Assembly (NCBI GenBank): GCA_964016885.1
Contig: OZ024742.1
Coordinates: forward strand, 249,116,001 to 249,180,000
Reading direction: 5' to 3'
Length of the DNA stretch: 64,000 nt
Origin: Eledone cirrhosa
Lineage: Eukaryota
Numbering within the stretch: the stretch's first letter is position 1; every line of letters begins with the position of its first letter. The notes below the pieces were generated by a model. That model was not told the origin of the DNA. It saw only the letters and a program-made list of their open reading frames with translations, and did not search any database. Positions 56,461 through 64,000 of this stretch are shown here, piece by piece. The translations under genes were made by a program, and so were the position numbers.

Positions 56461-57393
56461 CTGGACGTCAGATTGGTTGATAGCGTAAGAAAAAAAATGA
56501 GGAAAAAAATTATTTCCTACTGAAAAGGTGAGGGGAAATCTATTAATTACGCACTTTTTTCACTACCATACACTACTGTAGAATATATGATTACGTATTT
56601 AGGTATTGTGTATTTAGACGAGAATGCAAACTCGGTGACGTTATATACAATATTAATTTGATTTTTCTATTTCAATATTGTAATGTACTCAGAGTGTGTA
56701 ACTATAGTTATTAGTTAACGTTCTATATATATAGACAGGTGTTAACAGCTTGTTTTTACTTGCAATAACTTAGTGGCCAGAATAAGAGGGATCAGCAGGA
56801 ATAGTCTATGTTGATTCTGTTATCCTGTTTAATTGAGCCTCTAGCAATGATGCGTTTATAAATAGTGTCTCGGTAGACAGTTAAAGAAGTTATCTTTCGG
56901 TGTTTATATCCCAAAACAAGGATTGAAACTAATCTGGCTAATCCCTATTTGTTCTTATAACAAATCTATTTTGTAAACTGACATGTGGTTTACATTTGTT
57001 ACACATGCAGTGTTTGCTAAAATATAGGTATATTCTATAGATTTAAACCAATAAATAATTTTACACTGTTAACACATAGGTAATTTACAAATTTGTCACA
57101 AAACCATTTCTAAGGGAAATCATTTTACTTTCAAAATAAGTTCCGTAGACAATCTTAGGAACTTATGTATTTTTATTAAATTTTGTTAGATTCCATATAA
57201 ATGTTTATGAGTTTATATGTTATAATATCTTGATAACTGTACGATTCCCTACAGCTTACATCAGGGTGTATATAAAGAAGCTTTTAACACCGTATGTCTA
57301 GCTGCCAGAAGAACAAACACGGGGAACTCAGATTAAAGACTTAGTGTCAGCTTTGAATAAATATTATTCTGCTTATATATCTATCTATCTATA

Positions 57394-57458
<65 letters not shown>

Positions 57459-60400
57459 CGTAGAAGATAGACGTGTTTTTGTTTCGCTCCTGCATTTTGT
57501 CGGAACTTATTACGAGAAGCGGTAGGTCTGTTTAAGTAATTTGTTATTTGTTGTGTTTAACCCCTCGCCTGGGACTGCAGACGTTGGGTAAAATCAATTT
57601 CACCCCTTTTTAGGACGAAATTTAATAGTTATATGTTGTCGATAAAAAGTCGTTTAGTGACAACGGACGCCATTAATACGACGCATGCCACGCCCCCCAA
57701 GGAAAGTGATAGAGAGAAGGTAGCAGCACAACGCTGTAAGCCTTTCCTTCTCACTCCCGCAAAAGACACCACGGAATCAAAAGAAAAAAATGTGGAAATG
57801 GGTGAAAACCCCCAAAGTAACAATTACACAAACAAGAACAACAATGACAATAACAACACAACCAACAACAGCAACAATGACAATAACAACACAACAACAA
57901 CAGCAATAATGACAACACCAACAAAGGAAAAAAGCAAGCCAACACGAATAACAACAACAACAATGATAACAACACGAAAGAAAACGGACCCACAGCTGCA
58001 GTCTCCTTCGCACAGGCGGTCCGAGAAATGCAGACATACAAGGCACTGGACATCTCGAATGCCAAGAAATGCTGAAAGAAGCAAGGAATTCTGTAAATTT
58101 CGGGGAAGGTGAGGAATTCACAATTACCTCCCCCGAAGAAATTAGAAGGGACACAGTCCTCAGTACTGCAATCTTTAGGACAGTTTCGAACACGACTAGG
58201 AAACCGGCTCAATTGTCCCAAAGCGAAATTGATCTGGTCCTAAGTAGTGCCAGGAAGGATATCGCTTTCATACAGAAAGGGAAACTGTATGGAAGCATAT
58301 CTGTTTTAATGCAAGATGAATTGGCGGCACAGAAATATTCTGTGTCCCCAATTGTATCCAAAGCATACACATTTTTCCCCACATATTTAGGGAAAAGAAC
58401 TCAAAAGATATGAATCTCGGGCCTCAGGCCCAAATGCGAGAATTTGGTGGGGCTAACGGTATTCTTAGAAGATGAGGATACAATCCTTTCGATAGGCGAA
58501 TCCACCGGGGGCGTATTCGGCGGCAATAGCCTTGAAGTTCCGGTCCAAATGAGACCAGAACGGATAGCAAGAATACCGCAGCGTGTGTCCCTGGAAGGAG
58601 TCGCCTTCATAAACATTTCTGTTGAGGGCAGGCGGCCTTCATGCTACCACTGTTCAAGAAGTGGTCGCCTGAGGGCTTCCTGTCCCCTTTTAAATGCCCC
58701 CCCCCAAAAAAAAAAGACGCTTCTGCCCACCCCACACACAACACAACCACCACCACCACAACAACAACAACAACACGAAAAAATAACAACACAAGACACT
58801 GTCCCACCCAACCCCTCCCCACCTAAAACAAATACAAAAACAATCACAACAAAACCCAAATATACCCTCTCCAACAACACGGACGAGGACCCCTTATCAA
58901 CGTCACCCAGTGACGACGAGGGAGAACGCTTTCAACATGTAAAAAGAAAGAAAAAGAAGGCACCACATTAACAAAAATGCAACAAACACACAACCACCAG
59001 CACAAACAGAACAAACATCACAAACCAAAAAACCCACCCCTCCCGAAAACATAACACATACTACAAAACGCAAACACACACAAGAACAACAAACAAAAAC
59101 AAACACAACACAAAAAAAATAGTATACATACATCAACACAAACTACAAAACACTTGTGCAAACAATAGACAAAGACCCTTCGGTGGAAACCGAAGCGAAA
59201 ATATTCACCAACGCGGCGACTAAACCGCATTTAAAAATGATTAGGGTCCGAAGGGACACCTACGCAATGCTCAAACAGAACTTTCCCGAGGACGTGGGGA
59301 ACCCCTGTAGTAGACCTAGCAACCGCGTCCTCTTGTAATGTTTCCCCACCACCACCCCATACACCCTCCCCGCCAAACACCCCCACCCCACCACACACTG
59401 ATGTCCCCACCACATCCCAAACCACCACCCCACCAAACAACCCCGCCGACACCCCCATGGAAATTGTGCAGCCTGGTCCCCAGGAGAAGGACAGGTAGGT
59501 GTCTTCCTTTTTCACCACTCTAAACTCTTCACCACCAACATGGCTGTTATAAAAGTTGGATGTTTAAATGTGCGCGGCCTGGGGATGTCCTCGAAGCAGG
59601 GCAAACTCTTAAATGACCTCAGGTCGCACAGAATGGATGTGATAGCTATTTGCGAGTCCAGGATCAGCAGCGAGCACCAACTGGCCCCCATCTTCGACGA
59701 CTTTGAGATCTATGCATCTCTCTGTCAGCCGGGGAGGGGGGTCGTTCTGCTGCGAAAACACCTGCGCCTTGCAGCACGGAAGGTACACCTGGACCCGAAG
59801 GGACGACTGGTGGTTCTAGACGTAGGCAGTAGTGAAAACGGAGCCTTCAGGCTGGTGGCAGCGTATGCCCCATCTATGACACCGCGACCGGACTTCTTCC
59901 AACGCCTAGAGACTTTTCTGGGAACGTGTCACTCCTTGCTTTTAGTGGAGAACTGGAATGGTATCCTGGATGCACGTTGGGACTATGTAGAGGCATGTCC
60001 CGATAGAGGGGGGGTGTAACAGCCTCAAACGGTTAATCGGCCGATTTGATCTGGCCGATAGATATCGACTAGATTTTCCGACTGTGTCACTAGTTAGAAA
60101 TAAGGATAGGGACATATTAAGCTGTCCACGAATGTTCATGGTTGACTATTCGGATCACAAGTTGGTGACCGGAGTGGTCAACCTTGATAGAACCCATAGA
60201 CAAGGACCCGGTTACTGGAAGCTAAACTTGTTCTTACCGACAAACAATGCTTAGAGTAAGCGGATTAGCACTCTAGTTAAGCAGCTGTTGACGGGGGCAA
60301 TTGTCAACAGCAGGTGGTGGGGCTCTCTCAAGAGAGAAATTAGAATAGAATCGATAGGTTTTAGTCTGGAATTAGCATCAGATAGGAATAGAACTGAAAG

Positions 60401-61212
60401 GGAATTGATAGATAGAGTAGAAGAGGCGATTTTAGGAGGGGCAACGTTTCCGGCGTGCTGGCGTCAAGAACGGCCCTAGACCAGTTCTTTGACGCGAAGC
60501 ACGAGGGCTGTGTTGTCAGGAGTAAAATACGTGCTCTGGGTAACGAGGGAAACAAAGCTGTTAGCTGGGCCCGAGTGACAGAAGCAAAAAGTGGAAACAA
60601 GTCCACGATTCGGTCTTTGAAGGACCAGGATGGACGCGTGATCCTTGAACCTGAGCCGATGTGCGCGGCCTTTCAACGGCCCTTTGCACGACTGTTCGAT
60701 GCGGGGGGGGGTAGGCCATGGATTTCGGTCCATACCTCGACAGTCTGCTGCGGCTCTCGAACGGGGAGGTGAAGTCCTGCGAAAGCCGATTTCGGCCGCC
60801 GAAATAGGGGAAGATCTGAGCCTATGCGGCAAACGCAAATCTCCCGGTCTCGATGGTCTACCATACGAACTTTATGTAGCGATGCCCAACTTGTTCTCCG
60901 ATCTCCTCGAGGCGGTCTACTGCAACTGGCAACAGAACGGGAGAATTCCCAGTTCTGTGACCAAGGGCGTAGTCACGCTGGTGAGAAGGACGAGAACAAG
61001 GGGGATGACATAGATAACTTCAGGCCCATAACTCTGCTAAACACAGAGTTAAAGATTTTTGCCAAGAGGTTGGTGGAGAGGTTGGCGCTTGTCGTCGCGA
61101 ACCTGGTGGGAGAAGCGCAGACATGCGCAATCTAGTCCAGGTACATACACGACAACCTCCACCTCATGCGATACATCGTAGAGAGTTTAGGGAACGAAAC
61201 CGGCTTTGGTGT
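57459..61212 (+). mobile_element. Tx1-type LINE 5' part: UTR, ORF1, ORF2 endonuclease to early RT (pseudogene)
   Basis: Starts right after (TATC)n; ORF1 remnants 57633-59520 with zinc-knuckle remnant CYHCSRSGRLRASCP; ORF2 from 59540 MAVIKVGCLNVRGL...RLVAAYAP...FRPITLLNTELKIFAK. Confidence 0.88.
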
Positions 61213-64000
61213 CTTTTCTGGGAACGTCTCGCTCCTTACATTTAGTGGGGGACTGGAATGGTATCTTAGATGCACGATGGGACTATGTGGGAGCATGTCC
61301 CAGTAGAGCGGGGTGCAACAGCCTCAAAACTTTAATCGGCCAATTCCAACTGGCCGATAGGTATTGACTGGATTTCCCGACTGCACCACAGTGGACGTGG
61401 GCAAACCGCTGTGAGGCATCTAGATCGTATTTAGAGAGGTTCTTCACTAGAGAAAGGGACAAGGAGATGTTAAGCTGTCCACGAATGCACATGGTTGCCT
61501 ATTCAGATCACAAGTTAGTCGGCTGCTTAGTCAACCGTGATAGAATACATAGACAGGGACACGGATACTGGAAACTGTACGTGTCTGTGCCGGCACATAA
61601 AGCTTACAGTGAACGGATAAGTAGACTAATCAAGCAACAGTTAACGGGAGCCATCGTCAACAATAGATGGTGGTACTCTCTCAAGAAAGCAATTAGAATA
61701 GAACCGATAGGGTATAACAGAGAGTTAGCCTTAGAGAAAAACAGAATAGAAAGAGAACTAGTAGCCAAGGTAGAGAAGCAAAACATGTGCTCTAGGAAAC
61801 GATGGAGCGAAAGCTGTCAGCTGGGCCCGAGTGGCGGAGGCAAAAAGTGGCAACAAGTCCACGATTCGGTCTTTGAAAGACCAAAACGGACGCGTGCTAC
61901 TTGACCCAAAGCAAATGTGCGCGGCCTTTCAGCGGCACTTTGCGCGACTGTTTGAGCAGAACGACGGTGAGCCGAACGGGGCAATGAACTTTAGTTCATA
62001 CCTCGACGGCCTGCCGCGTCTCTCGAACATGGACGCCGAGTTCTGCGAAGGACCGATCACGGACACTGAGATACGGGACGCTCTGGACCGTTGCGGGAAG
62101 CGCAAGTCACCCGGTCTAGATGGTCTACCCTACGAGTTTTACATAGGCATGCCAGACTTGTTCTCTGGCGTCCTCGAAGCCGTCTACTGCAATTGGCAGC
62201 AGAACGGGAGAATTCCCAGTTCTGCAGGCAAGGGTGTAGTAATGCTGATCAGGAAAGACGAGAACAAGGGGGACGAAATTAACAACTTCAGGCCCATAAC
62301 TCTGCTCAAGACAGAGTTAAAGATTTTGGCCAAGGTGCTAGCGACGAGGTTGGCGCTTGTCGTCGAGAACCTGGTAGGGAAAGCGCAAACATCTGCAATC
62401 CCGACCAAGTCCATACACGACAACATCCACCTCATGCGATACATCATAGAGAGGGTGGGTAGTAAACCCGGCTTCGGTGGGGCTCTGATCAACTTGGATC
62501 AGTCTAAGGCATTCGAAAGGGTCGACCATCGATACTTGGAAGCGGTTCAGAGGATGGATCGAGGCGATGCACACCAGCATCTGCTCGAGGGTCAAGGTCA
62601 ACGGCTACCTATCGAAGCCGTTCGCAATCACGCGTTCCATTCGACAGGTGTGCCCTCTCTCCTCCATTCTGTATGTATTGACTCTAGAGTCACTACTGCG
62701 CAAAGCGGCGTCGGCTTATGCCGACGACGTGAAGGTAATGGTGTCGAGCCCCTCGGAAATCGGGGTGATCGGCAAATTACTGAAAGAATACGAAACGCTA
62801 ATGCGAGCAAAACTAAACCCGGACAAGTCTGTCGGTTTGCAACTCGGTACGTGGAGAGGCAAACCGATGACGTCTGACAGCGTCGGTGGACGCTGGACGG
62901 ACGGACCGGTTAAATTGCTCGGAGTCTGGTTCGGTCCAGACCTCCGGGTGGAGAAAAACTGGAACGAGGTCACGGCCAAGGTGTTTGCACTCACTCAGAA
63001 GTGGGCAGAGTGCAAACTGTCCTTGAAAGGTCGAGAGGAGGTTGCGAACACTTTCATAGCGTCCGTCATCTACCACCGCTTGACTGTCGTGCCTTGTCCC
63101 CGTGAAAACCTCGCCAAGATGGAACGCATGCTCTTCCAGTTTCTGTGGAAGAAGCAGGCTCCGCTGGTGAGGAGATCCGTCTGCTGTCAGCACCCTCCAA
63201 CGGAGGGCTGGGAATGCCGTGGCTGATGATGCGCAAACATGCGCTGAGGCTGCGGCATCTCCAGGTATTCTTCACCGACTCCCAACCGGTGTGGGCACCG
63301 TTTGTGAGACAGGCTTTCCCACAGCTCGTCTCGCTGACGGAGCTGCAGTCCTGGGTGAAGAAAAGACCGAAAAGGATGGGCGCCTGGCACATTGAATGCG
63401 CTCAGGCGCTCACAGTCCTCTGGCAAGCGGGCGCAGCAATCAGTGGAGACCTATGTACAACTTCCAGAGGTCCCTGGCCTGGCAGTGATACCGAGGAGCT
63501 CTACCGGTTCGTGACAAGATCTACAGGCACGGACGCCCAGGCAGGGATCCTTCCAAGAGGACGTGTCCAAGATGCGCGCAGGACATTGAAACAGTCCTGC
63601 ACGCAATTGTACACTGCCCGGGCGTAACCGACTTGTGGAACTATGCAGAACAACTGCTGTCGCGTATGGGACAAATCCAGTTAACTGCCGAGTCCATAGT
63701 AAGGATCAAACCGCCAGTCTCTTTCAAAAACGAAAGAGAGGTGGTTTTCCTCTGTACGGTGGCTATGGTGAAAGAAGTTATATGGTGGACGAGGTTGAGA
63801 GGACTGAGGACAAATGCCTTTCTCTCCGGATAACAATTGATTCCCTTCTTTAAGTATCACTTTAGAAGGAAAATCAGGGTGGAGAGAGAGGCACTGCACC
63901 CCAGTAAATTTACTGAAAGGTGGATGAATGAAGCGAAAATGGCCAGAGTGATTAGGCCTTCTCTGTTTATAAGCCTGTAGGTTGGAGAAGAGAGCAAAAG
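61213..64000 (+). mobile_element. Tx1-type LINE ORF2 pseudogene, same subfamily as 5345-8390
   Basis: LVGDWNGILD, KSPGLDGLPYEFY, DQSKAF, SAYADDV; stop at ~63980; highly similar to the 5345 copy, with internal deletions. Confidence 0.93.

Overview
Eukaryotic, AT-rich, microsatellite-saturated intergenic or intronic DNA, most likely from an octopod cephalopod (inferred from the abundant tRNA-derived SINE carrying 'tcgaccccgtaaggatgaaaggcaaagttaacctcggcgggatttgaactcag'). No intact host gene can be supported; almost all ORFs in the track are microsatellite artefacts or decayed retrotransposon frames. Mobile DNA: Tx1-type LINEs (one near full-length and chimeric), R4/Dong-, RTE-, CR1- and CRE-type LINE remnants, three Penelope-like (GIY-YIG) remnants, SINEs, a non-autonomous Helitron and MITEs. 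The main unexplained signal is a dense set of short islands between (TA)n tracts that carry minimal type-I hammerhead ribozyme (HHR) motifs and/or long fold-back inverted repeats. About nine motifs have a canonical core, two carry a compensatory U3:A8 core, and several more are decayed. In some islands the inverted arm duplicates the ribozyme in the opposite polarity or masks half of it. One recurrent family has the same architecture but no recognisable hammerhead. All folds were derived by eye; coordinates of decayed elements are approximate.
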